A model generated the notes under the pieces. That model did not search any database and was not told where the DNA came from. It saw only the letters and a program-made list of their open reading frames with translations. From Candidatus Giovannonibacteria bacterium RIFOXYD1_FULL_48_21 (GTDB taxonomy: Bacteria > Patescibacteriota > Minisyncoccia > JACPKW01 > UBA11713): a stretch of 64,000 nucleotides of DNA. The position numbers and the translations under genes are program-made. Of this stretch, positions 55,777 through 64,000 are shown one piece after another; the stretch's first letter is position 1, and each line of letters starts with the position of its first letter. The stretch spans positions 126,001 to 190,000 of the forward strand of contig MFIU01000001.1 in assembly GCA_001778985.1 (NCBI GenBank), read 5' to 3'.

Positions 55777-56548
55777 CGGTTGGAAAAAGATCGTTCTCTC
55801 TGACGAATTTCTCGAAGTTTTCTGGGTTGCCCGTTGTAATATAGCGGCGCGCGCCGTTTTTAGAGAGTTTTTGCTCGATTTCCGGATGGCGCGAGAAATA
55901 ATTTTCAAGCGCGGCCGGGATTGTTGAAGGGGAGTCGAAAATTTTGGCGTCGGGCATCTCGGCCTGAATCAGGTGTTTTATAAAAGGATAGTGGGTACAG
56001 CCGAGGACGATATTTTGGATGGATTCTGTTTTGAAAGGATTGAGATATTTTTTAAGCGCACGCGACATATCGCTATGATATATCATAGCGGCTTCGATTA
56101 ACGGAACAAGCAGGGGAGCAGCCTGTTGGATTATCTTTATGTCTGGAGATATTTTATGAATCTCGCGGATGTATGCTTCTGATTTGACGGTGGCTTCTGT
56201 CGCGAGAATGCCTACCGTATGTGCTTTGCTGGCCGCGACAGCTTCCGCTACGGGAATCAGAACCCCCAAAACCTTTCTTTCGGGTCCGCCAGCTGGCGGA
56301 CCCTTTTGAATCCTGCGAAGGGCGGCAGCTGCCGCCGTGTTGCAGGCGAGAATCACAAGCCTACACCTTTCGCGAAAAAGCCAATCCACGCATTCTTCGG
56401 TATATTGGTAAATCGTCTCGGACGAGCGCGAGCCGTAAGGTGCTCTGGCGTTGTCGCCAAAGTATATAAAATCATATTTTGGAAATTTTTTGTCCAATTC
56501 CCGAAAAACCGTCAGCCCTCCGTATCCCGAATCAAAAACCCCAATCAT
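55739..56548 (-). CDS. murI: glutamate racemase
   Basis: FDSGYGGLTV, ACNT, LGCTHYP. Confidence 0.96.
   Translation of the reverse strand: MIGVFDSGYGGLTVFRELDKKFPKYDFIYFGDNARAPYGSRSSETIYQYTEECVDWLFRERCRLVILACNTAAAAALRRIQKGPPAGGPERKVLGVLIPVAEAVAASKAHTVGILATEATVKSEAYIREIHKISPDIKIIQQAAPLLVPLIEAAMIYHSDMSRALKKYLNPFKTESIQNIVLGCTHYPFIKHLIQAEMPDAKIFDSPSTIPAALENYFSRHPEIEQKLSKNGARRYITTGNPENFEKFVRENDLFPTATSPRVEKCPLI
56282..56303. repeat. perfect 22-bp palindrome in murI
   Basis: GGGTCCGCCAGCTGGCGGACCC (GPPAGGP). Confidence 0.75.
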
Positions 56549-56585
56549 GGCTTGATTATATCTTTATTTTCAGTAGAATAGAGCT

Positions 56586-59500
56586 ATGGCCGATGAGAAA
56601 GGTCACCCTATATACGATTCCGTGTCTCCTCGGGCCGAAGAGGAGATTCTTTCATTTTGGAAGGAAAACGGGATTTTTAAGAAGAGTGTAGCCCTTCGAC
56701 AAGCTCAGGGCAAAAAAGACAAAAGTAAGACGTTTGTCTTTTTTGAAGGGCCGCCATATGCTAACGGTTTGCCCGGGATTCATCACGTTGAATCGCGCTC
56801 TTTTAAAGATATAATTTTGCGCTATAAGACCATGCAAGGTTTTTACGTTCCTCGCAAGGCCGGCTGGGACACGCACGGGCTTCCCACGGAAATGGCCGTG
56901 GAAAAAGAACTAGGCATCAATTCCAAGCGCGAGATTGAAGAAAAAATCGGCGTAGAAAAATTCATCCAGGCCGCGAAGAAAAATGTTTTCTTTTATAAAG
57001 AAGCTTGGGAAAAACTGACCGAGCGGATGGCCTACTGGCTGGATTTGGCCAATGCCTACGTCACGATGACGAACGATTACATTGAATCTTTGTGGCAGGT
57101 CGTTTCGCAGATTTCCCAAAAAGGGCTTTTGTACGAAGATTATCGAATTTTACCTTGGTGTTCTCGTTGCGGCACTTCGCTTTCATCCCATGAACTTGCG
57201 CTCGGGTATAAATTCGTGAAAGAGGAGTCGATTTACGTAAAATTCCCGCTGAAGCAAAAGCCGGGAGTAAAACAACTTTCAAGTTTTCTCGTCTGGACAA
57301 CAACCCCGTGGACTTTGCCGGGCAATGTCGCCTTGGCCGTCAATCCCAAAGCGGATTATGTCACTGTGGAGACGGAGACTTCTCCGGGCGAGTGGCTGAT
57401 TTTGGCGGAGGAGAGGTTGGGCGTCCTCGCCGGAAAATATAAAATAATAAACCGCGAGAAAGGAAAAAATCTGGTCGGGACGGCGTACGAAAGTTTGTAC
57501 AGGGATGAGCCGGGGAAGGTGGTCGCGGCGGATTTTGTTTTGACTGAAGACGGCACGGGCATTGTGCACATCGCGCCTGCTTTCGGGGCTGAAGACTTGG
57601 AAGTCGGCAAAAAACACAGTCTTCCGATATTCATGACGGCTGGAGAGGACGGGAAAATGGTGTCGCCCGGCAAGCCGTGGGACGGGAAATTCGTAAAAAC
57701 GGCCGACCCCCTGATAGTCGCGGACTTGAAAGAACGCGGACTTTTGTATAAAACCGAATTTTACGAGCACGACTACCCGTTTTGCTGGAGATGCGAAACG
57801 CCCTTAATGTATTACGCTAAAAACTCGTGGTTTTTCAAAACCACGGCCGTCAAAGACAAAATGCTTTCGGAGAATTCTAAAATCGACTGGCATCCGGGTT
57901 ATTTGAAAGATGGGCGTTTCGGCGAGTGGCTCAAGGAAAACGTGGACTGGTCCATTTCTCGCGAGCGCTATTGGGGAACTCCTTTGCCGGTGTGGAGATG
58001 CGAAACCCGCCTGCCGGACGGGCAGGAATGTAAGAAGGTAAAAGTCATCGGTTCGCTTAAGGAACTGGACGAGTTGGACCCCCATCCGACTGAGCTTATA
58101 GTGATGCGCCACGGCGAAACCTCGATTAACGTCAAAAAATCTCTCTATGCTCTTTCGCCTGATGATGACAGAAAAATCCATATCACGGGGAAAGGGAGAG
58201 ATGACGTGTTGAAAGCCGCAAGAGAGCTTAAGAAAGAGAAGATTGACGTCATTGTTGCTTCGCCAGCGACCAGGACAAAAGAAACAGCCGAAATTTTAGC
58301 GCGAGAGCTGGGCCTCTCTGACTTTGAAACCATTCCGGAATTTTACGACATTCTTATAGGCGCCGCTTTTGAAGGGAAGCAAGAAGAAGAATTTAATAAA
58401 GAATTTGAAATCTGGGAAGAGAGATTTTGGAAGAAGCCAGAGGGGTCGGAGAACTGGCGGGAGCTTCGAAGGCGCGTTATGGCGGGAGTGAAGAAGCTTT
58501 GCGAGAAATACCGAGGCAAGAAAATTTTGCTGGTGGGGCACGGCGACCCTTTGTGGGTTATGCTGGCGGCGCTGGAGGGACTGGCGGAGAAGGATTACAA
58601 AAAAATACCGTATCCCCAGACAGGAACATTCAGAAAAATCCGGCTTCATAACTGGCCTTACAATGCCGAAGGCGAACTGGATTTGCACAAACCCTATGTT
58701 GATTCCATAAAATTTCGCTGTGATTGCGGGAGCGAGATGGGGCGCGTTAAAGAAGTGATTGATGTCTGGTTTGATTCGGGCGCGATGCCTTTTGCCGCGC
58801 AGGGTTTTGGAAGTCCGACTTCCAAGGGGAAGTCGGACTTCCTCTATCCCGCCGATTATATTTCGGAGGCGATTGACCAAACCCGCGGCTGGTTTTACAC
58901 GCTTTTGGCGGTCTCGTCTTTATTGGGTTTGGAATCTTCCTATAAACGCGTTCTCTCGCTGGGGCTCGTCTTGGATGAGAAGGGAGAGAAGATGTCCAAG
59001 TCCAAAGGAAACGTGGTGGACCCGGTTAAACTCATTGAAAAATACGGGGCGGACGCGGTCCGGTGGTATTTTTATACCGTAAATCAGCCTTGGGACGACA
59101 AGCTTTTCCGAGAGAGAGACATTCAGGATGCCAGACGCAGATTTTTGATGATTTTGTGGAATTCATTCGTCTACTGGCAAACTTACAAAGAAGTCCAACT
59201 TCCAATTGGAAGTTGGACTTCCAAGCCGAAACTAATCATAAACAAATGGATTCTTGCGAAATGGAACGTGATTTTGAAGGAAGTTACCGAAAAACTTGAA
59301 AAATATGATATTGTTTCCGCGGCGCGAATTTTAGAAAATTTCGTGGTGGAAGATATCTCGCACTGGTATATCCGCCGAATCCGGAAATATATGAAGTCTG
59401 AAGATAAAGAGTGTTCTCGAGTGTTGGGCAATATTCTTTTGGAGCTTTCCAAATCGCTCGCGCCTTTCGCGCCGTTTATAGCGGAGGGGATTTATAAAGG

Positions 59501-60041
59501 TACTGACGGCAAAAAGGAGAGCGTGCATTTGGAAGATTGGCCGGAAGCTAAAAAACTAAAAGCTGGAGGCTATAAACTGATTAAAGATATGGAAAAAGTG
59601 CGGGAGATTGTTTCCAAAGCGCTCGAACTTCGACAGAAAGCCGGAATAAAAATCCGACAGCCCCTGCAAAAATTACAAATCACAGACAAATTACCAGCAG
59701 AGTTTCTGGAGTTAGTTAAAGGAGAGGTGAACGTGAAAGAAATTGCTTTTAGCGATAAATTTGAACTGGACACGAAACTTACCGAAGATTTGAAAGAAGA
59801 AGGACTTGTTCGTGAATTCATCCGCCAAGTGCAGGATTTCCGAAAAGAACTCAAGCTGAAACCGCAGGAGAAAGTGGAGCTCTCCGCCTCGGGCGAAAAA
59901 TCTCTTGAAAAAATTCTACAAAAACACGAGAAACTTATTAAAAAAGAAATAGCACTTTCGGAATTTGAAATCGGAAAAGGAAAAGGCCGCAAAAAAGAGC
60001 TTAAATTAGGTGACTCTGTGGTTGAAGTCTACATCTCTTAA
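56586..60041 (+). CDS. ileS: isoleucyl-tRNA synthetase (type 2-like) with an inserted histidine phosphatase domain
   Basis: EGPPYANG, GWDTHGLP, WTTTPWTLPGN, GTGIVH.AP, ISRERYWGTP, KMSKS; RHG domain insert. Confidence 0.95.
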   Translation: MADEKGHPIYDSVSPRAEEEILSFWKENGIFKKSVALRQAQGKKDKSKTFVFFEGPPYANGLPGIHHVESRSFKDIILRYKTMQGFYVPRKAGWDTHGLPTEMAVEKELGINSKREIEEKIGVEKFIQAAKKNVFFYKEAWEKLTERMAYWLDLANAYVTMTNDYIESLWQVVSQISQKGLLYEDYRILPWCSRCGTSLSSHELALGYKFVKEESIYVKFPLKQKPGVKQLSSFLVWTTTPWTLPGNVALAVNPKADYVTVETETSPGEWLILAEERLGVLAGKYKIINREKGKNLVGTAYESLYRDEPGKVVAADFVLTEDGTGIVHIAPAFGAEDLEVGKKHSLPIFMTAGEDGKMVSPGKPWDGKFVKTADPLIVADLKERGLLYKTEFYEHDYPFCWRCETPLMYYAKNSWFFKTTAVKDKMLSENSKIDWHPGYLKDGRFGEWLKENVDWSISRERYWGTPLPVWRCETRLPDGQECKKVKVIGSLKELDELDPHPTELIVMRHGETSINVKKSLYALSPDDDRKIHITGKGRDDVLKAARELKKEKIDVIVASPATRTKETAEILARELGLSDFETIPEFYDILIGAAFEGKQEEEFNKEFEIWEERFWKKPEGSENWRELRRRVMAGVKKLCEKYRGKKILLVGHGDPLWVMLAALEGLAEKDYKKIPYPQTGTFRKIRLHNWPYNAEGELDLHKPYVDSIKFRCDCGSEMGRVKEVIDVWFDSGAMPFAAQGFGSPTSKGKSDFLYPADYISEAIDQTRGWFYTLLAVSSLLGLESSYKRVLSLGLVLDEKGEKMSKSKGNVVDPVKLIEKYGADAVRWYFYTVNQPWDDKLFRERDIQDARRRFLMILWNSFVYWQTYKEVQLPIGSWTSKPKLIINKWILAKWNVILKEVTEKLEKYDIVSAARILENFVVEDISHWYIRRIRKYMKSEDKECSRVLGNILLELSKSLAPFAPFIAEGIYKGTDGKKESVHLEDWPEAKKLKAGGYKLIKDMEKVREIVSKALELRQKAGIKIRQPLQKLQITDKLPAEFLELVKGEVNVKEIAFSDKFELDTKLTEDLKEEGLVREFIRQVQDFRKELKLKPQEKVELSASGEKSLEKILQKHEKLIKKEIALSEFEIGKGKGRKKELKLGDSVVEVYIS
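56691..56711. repeat. in-frame palindrome in ileS (ALRQAQG)
   Basis: GCCCTTCGACAAGCTCAGGGC. Confidence 0.75.
58005..58025. repeat. 21-bp in-frame insert in the ileS CxxC knuckle (TRLPDGQ)
   Basis: ACCCGCCTGCCGGACGGGCAG; removal gives WRCEEC. Confidence 0.8.
58809..58842. repeat. 15-bp-arm inverted repeat in ileS
   Basis: GGAAGTCCGACTTCC-AAGG-GGAAGTCGGACTTCC. Confidence 0.85.
59190..59221. repeat. perfect 32-bp palindrome in ileS
   Basis: GAAGTCCAACTTCCAATTGGAAGTTGGACTTC. Confidence 0.85.
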
Positions 60042-60049
60042 ATCTGAAT

Positions 60050-60538
60050 ATGTCTAACGGACTATATCAAACCGAGGGGATAATTTTGAACCGGCTCGAT
60101 GTCGGGGAGGCGGACCGGATTTTGACGGTTTTCACCAAGGACTTCGGGCTTTTGCGGCTTTTCGGCCGCGGGACTAGGAGGGTTAGCTCGAAGCTCAATA
60201 AATTTTTAAATCTTTTTTCGTACGGCCGCTTCAGTTTCGTTTCCGGAAAAGAAACTTGGCATCTCATTGACGCCGAGGATTTGGAGCGCTTTGGCGAGGA
60301 CAAATTCGAAACTCTTGGCCGCGCGTCCAATTTTATCGGACGCTTCTGCCGCGGCGAAGGCCAGGAGGAAAAATTATGGGAGGCGTTTTTGACTTTTATC
60401 AAATCCGGAGACGAGCTTTTGTTTTACGCTCGAGGTTTGGCCGCTTTGGGCTATCTTGATGAAAAAGAAATTGCAAAAAACTCCAGAGAAGATTTAGCCA
60501 GACTGACTAAAGACGCCATCGCCCGAAGCCAGCTCTAA
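60050..60538 (+). CDS. recO: DNA repair protein RecO (short)
   Basis: TEGIIL...GEADRILTVFTKDFG...G.R...SKL. Confidence 0.85.
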   Translation: MSNGLYQTEGIILNRLDVGEADRILTVFTKDFGLLRLFGRGTRRVSSKLNKFLNLFSYGRFSFVSGKETWHLIDAEDLERFGEDKFETLGRASNFIGRFCRGEGQEEKLWEAFLTFIKSGDELLFYARGLAALGYLDEKEIAKNSREDLARLTKDAIARSQL

Positions 60539-60554
60539 GTGTTAGAATAGAATT

Positions 60555-62429
60555 GTGGCTGACCCCTTAGAGGAATTAAGAAAACGTCTTTACAAAAAAG
60601 AGGGGTCTTTTGAGGCCCGCCTGCGGCGTCCGGAACTGACTCCCCACCCCGAAAAAGCGCCTCTTTCTTGGAAAGAAGAAACCATGCCCAAATCACCCCC
60701 GCCTTACTCGCGAAAAAGGCTTTGGATAATTTTTTTCTCGCTGATTTTTCTGGCGGCGGCCGGAGGAATTTTTTATTTTTTTATCTTCTCTCAGGCGGTT
60801 TCCAGCCGGAAAATCGATTTGGTCATTTTGGCTCCGGACTCGGCCGTGGGCGGGGAGCGGATAGTTTGGGAGGTGGCGCTCGCCAATAATAATAAAAAAG
60901 CTCTGGAATCCTCCGAACTCGTTTTTGAGTATCCCCCCGGTTCCAAAATTTTAGAATCAGGAGCGCGGGGGTTGAGGCTTAGAAAAAGCTTGGGCCGGAT
61001 TGGGGCCGGAGAAATTGTGAAAATTTCTTTCAGCGCTTTTCTCTTTGGTTTCGAAGGCGAAGAAAAAAGGGTTAGGGCTTCTTTGGAGTACCGGCCCGAA
61101 GATTCGAGCGCTATTTTGGTGAAAGAAGGGGAACTCTCCACTTTTATTTCGCGCGCTCCGGTAGGAATTTCTTTTGAACTTCCGTCTGAAATTCGGGCGG
61201 GTCAGGAGCTCGAGGTTAAAATCAATTATGTTTCTAACTCTGAAAGCACGCTGGAGAATCTGATGTTGGAACTGGAAACGCCGCCGGGCTTCGCTTTCAA
61301 AAAGAGCACCCCGTTGCCCGAGGCGGGCGGACGCTCCTGGAAGATAGGCAGTCTGGAGCCGGGCGAGAAAGGTTCCATCATCGTGGGCGGCGTCTTGTCC
61401 GGCGGCGAGCTCGAGGAGAAAAGTTTTAAAGCCCGTACGGGCGTAAAAGATAATTTGGGCGACTTCAGCGTTTACGGCCAAGGGGTGGGCACATTAACTC
61501 TGCGGCGCCCCTTTTTGGAGGTGGACGCAAAAGTAAACGGCGCGGACAGTTATGTGGCTAGGCCAGGCGAGAGTTTAGAAGCGGAGATATTTTTTAAAAA
61601 TAATTTATCAGTTCCGGTGCAGAACGTGGTGATTGAGGGGACTTTTCTCGGCCGCGGGCTGGACGAACGGCAGATTCGGGTTCGGGACGGAAATTATCGC
61701 AGCGCGGACAAAAAAATTATCTGGAACGCTTCTTCGGCCGATTCTCTCCGGCAGTTGGAGCCCGGCAAAGAAAGTTCTTTTCGGCTGCAGTTCGCTTTCC
61801 TGGAGGATATTTCGGTTAGGACTTCGGCCGACCGGGAATTCAAGGTGGTTTTGAGTCTGAAAATTACGCCCGGCATCCTGCCTTCGGGATTTTTTGGAAC
61901 GGATGTGACCGGCGAGGATATTTTGGAAATGAAGCTCGCGACGCGCCTGCAGCTCGTCCGGCGCGGTTTTTACTTCTCTCCGCTCGTTTCGAACTCCGGT
62001 CCCATGCCGCCCAAGGTTGGCCAGGAGACGACCTTTAGCGTGACCTGGTCCTTGATTAATTCCACCAACGATCTGGAAAATGTTTTAGTGCGTTCAAGCC
62101 TCCCGTCTTATATGAATTGGAAGGGAATTTTGATACCGGGCGATGCCGCCGTAAACTACGACCCTAATTCCGGCGAGATTTTGTGGCGAGTGGGGGAATT
62201 AAAAGCCGGGGTAGGTTATCTTTCTCCAGCCCGAGAGCTTACTTTTCAAATCGGTTTTGTCCCTTCTTCCAACCAGGTGGGCCAGGCTCCGGACTTGATC
62301 CCGAAGGTTACGGCCGAAGGCAAGGATACTTTCATTGATTCTTTGCTTTCAGTCGAAGCGCCGGCCTTGACCTTGGAACTCGAGGATGACCCCAAGATTG
62401 AAATCGGCCAGACCAGAGTGGTACCATAG
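60555..62429 (+). CDS. membrane-anchored protein with Ig-like/DUF11-like repeats
   Basis: Single TM; repeated beta-rich W.IG.L.PGE units; GP.PPKVGQETT. Confidence 0.7.
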   Translation: MADPLEELRKRLYKKEGSFEARLRRPELTPHPEKAPLSWKEETMPKSPPPYSRKRLWIIFFSLIFLAAAGGIFYFFIFSQAVSSRKIDLVILAPDSAVGGERIVWEVALANNNKKALESSELVFEYPPGSKILESGARGLRLRKSLGRIGAGEIVKISFSAFLFGFEGEEKRVRASLEYRPEDSSAILVKEGELSTFISRAPVGISFELPSEIRAGQELEVKINYVSNSESTLENLMLELETPPGFAFKKSTPLPEAGGRSWKIGSLEPGEKGSIIVGGVLSGGELEEKSFKARTGVKDNLGDFSVYGQGVGTLTLRRPFLEVDAKVNGADSYVARPGESLEAEIFFKNNLSVPVQNVVIEGTFLGRGLDERQIRVRDGNYRSADKKIIWNASSADSLRQLEPGKESSFRLQFAFLEDISVRTSADREFKVVLSLKITPGILPSGFFGTDVTGEDILEMKLATRLQLVRRGFYFSPLVSNSGPMPPKVGQETTFSVTWSLINSTNDLENVLVRSSLPSYMNWKGILIPGDAAVNYDPNSGEILWRVGELKAGVGYLSPARELTFQIGFVPSSNQVGQAPDLIPKVTAEGKDTFIDSLLSVEAPALTLELEDDPKIEIGQTRVVP

Positions 62430-62435
62430 AAATTT

Positions 62436-63692
62436 ATGCCTGATTTGGAGACAATTGTTGCTTTGGCGAAACGCCGGGGTTTTGTATTTCCGAGCTCGGA
62501 GCTCTACGGCGGTCTTGCCGGCACCTGGGACTTTGGGCCGCTCGGCGCCGAACTCGCTCACAACATCAAGGAACTTTGGTGGGAGCATTTTGTGAAGAGC
62601 CGCGAAGAAATGTACGGATTGGCGTCGAGTATTTTAATGCCGGAGGCGGTTTGGAAAGCCTCGGGGCATCTGGAGGGCTTCGCGGACCCGTTGGCGGAAT
62701 GCAAAAAATGCAAAAAAAGATTCCGGGCGGATGAGTTCTCCGGCAAGAAATGCCCTGAATGCGCCGGCGCTCTTTCAGAGCCGAAGCAATTTAATCTAAT
62801 GTTCAAAACCGAAAATTCCTATCTCCGTCCTGAAATCGCCCAGGGGATGTTCGTGAATTTTAAAAATGTTTTGGATACCATGCGCCCGACTTTGCCGTTC
62901 GGCATCGCCCAGATAGGGCGCGCCTTCAGAAATGAAATCGCCCCGAGAGATTTTCTTTTTAGGGTCCGCGAGTTTGACTTGATGGAATTTGAATATTTTG
63001 TCAAAGAGTCAGAATGGGAAAAATATTTTGAAAAATGGAGAGAAGAAATTTGGGCCTGGCTCGAGAAAGTCGGCATTGATAAGAAAAGCGTGCACGAGCT
63101 CGAAGTTCCAAAAGAAGAGCGGGCGCATTATTCCAGGCGCACGATTGATTTTGAATTTGACTTTCCTTTCGGCAAGAAGGAACTCTACGGCCTTGCTTAT
63201 CGCGGAGATTACGATTTGACTCAGCATATGAAGCATTCCGGGGTTGATTTGCGTTATACCGATTCTGCCTCGAGAGAAAAGTTTATTCCGCACGTGGTGG
63301 AACCGACCTTTGGCTTGGGCCGCACCGTGCTCGCGGTTCTACTTTCAGTCTATCGCGAAGACGGCGAGAGAGTTATTCTTTCTCTCCCGCCAAAAATCGC
63401 ACCTTATAAAGTCGCTGTTTTTCCGCTCGTTTCGAATAAAGAAAATCTTGTTTCCAAAGCCCGCGAGATTTATAACGAACTTCGCAAGCATTTCACCGCG
63501 GCTTTTGACGACCGCGGCAATATCGGCAAACGCTACTATTCCCAGGACGAAATCGGCACCCCTTGGTGCGTGACGATTGATTACCAAACTTTGGAAGACG
63601 GCACGGTAACGGTGAGGGACCGCGATTCCGGCTCCCAAGTTCGCCACCCTGCCGCAGAGCTTGACAAGTACTTTTCCGAGAAACTTTCTTGA
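62436..63692 (+). CDS. glyQS: glycyl-tRNA synthetase (alpha2 type)
   Basis: KRRGF, YLRPE.AQG.F, FRNEI.PR, IGKRY..QDEIGTP. Confidence 0.96.
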   Translation: MPDLETIVALAKRRGFVFPSSELYGGLAGTWDFGPLGAELAHNIKELWWEHFVKSREEMYGLASSILMPEAVWKASGHLEGFADPLAECKKCKKRFRADEFSGKKCPECAGALSEPKQFNLMFKTENSYLRPEIAQGMFVNFKNVLDTMRPTLPFGIAQIGRAFRNEIAPRDFLFRVREFDLMEFEYFVKESEWEKYFEKWREEIWAWLEKVGIDKKSVHELEVPKEERAHYSRRTIDFEFDFPFGKKELYGLAYRGDYDLTQHMKHSGVDLRYTDSASREKFIPHVVEPTFGLGRTVLAVLLSVYREDGERVILSLPPKIAPYKVAVFPLVSNKENLVSKAREIYNELRKHFTAAFDDRGNIGKRYYSQDEIGTPWCVTIDYQTLEDGTVTVRDRDSGSQVRHPAAELDKYFSEKLS

Positions 63693-63750
63693 GGCGGCTG
63701 GGCCGATTTTTTTGATTGATTTTTGTTTGGAGATTTGATACTATTTTTAC

Positions 63751-63972
63751 ATGGCTAAACAATTACCCCTTTTCGTAGAAAAAGACGAAGATGGTTTTTA
63801 TATTGTAGAATGCCCGGTTTTGGAGGGGTGTTATGCGCAAGGCAAAACTTTGGACGAGGCTTTGAAGAACATTCGCGAGGTCATTCAATTGATATTGCGG
63901 GAAACAGAAAGCCGTGAGGTTCTGAAATCCTATCGTCCTAAGGAATTGAGTCTTCATACCATCACGCTCTAG
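63751..63972 (+). CDS. HicB family antitoxin
   Basis: CPVLEGCYAQGKTLDEALKNIRE. Confidence 0.88.
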   Translation: MAKQLPLFVEKDEDGFYIVECPVLEGCYAQGKTLDEALKNIREVIQLILRETESREVLKSYRPKELSLHTITL

Positions 63973-63975
63973 CTA

Positions 63976-64000
63976 ATGACGCGCTTACCGTTTCTTTCCG
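63976..64000 (+). CDS. probable HicA toxin, N-terminus only (truncated by the window edge)
   Basis: MTRLPFLS directly after hicB. Confidence 0.5.

Noticed and set aside
59545-59580. Weak 7-nt periodicity in the ileS C-terminal linker
   Set aside because: It is too degenerate to call as a repeat, though it resembles the argS heptamer array.
63989-64000. 12-bp match (CGTTTCTTTCCG) to the 3' end of VR/TR as a second DGR target
   Set aside because: There is no upstream similarity to TR, and the match lies at the start of a probable hicA. It is likely chance.
1-64000. Alternative genetic code (TGA as Gly or Trp)
   Set aside because: Conserved genes terminate correctly at TGA (rplW, rplR, smpB) and show no internal TGA.

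Overview
This is 64 kb of a small-genome bacterial chromosome using genetic code 11. It is most likely Patescibacteria/CPR (Parcubacteria-like). That assignment is inferred from the missing rpmD (L30) in an otherwise complete S10-spc block, the alpha2-type GlyRS, split ComEC, compact tmRNA and near-leaderless promoters. Housekeeping content includes the str/S10/spc ribosomal cluster through secY-adk-map, tpiA/pgk, guaA, argS/ileS/glyQS, infC-rpmI-rplT, smpB-ssrA, 3 tRNAs, polX, EndoQ and recO. Two systems stand out. (1) A complete diversity-generating retroelement at 47.4-49.8 kb, with target VR, TR, hairpin, avd and RT. Its avd and RT genes are head-to-head and share one G9/C9 homopolymer. 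Removing a single G puts both genes in frame with upstream ATGs at once, which makes it a candidate one-base phase-variation switch for hypermutation; a homopolymer assembly error is the alternative. (2) Several families of tiny palindromic or TIR-bounded elements, about 20 copies in all. Several are flanked by T-N-N-A 4-bp duplications. They either add in-frame peptides to essential proteins or land on ATGA stop/start overlaps, where they supply a stop-free mini-ORF that rebuilds translational coupling. Protein calls come from motif recognition only; no database searches were run.
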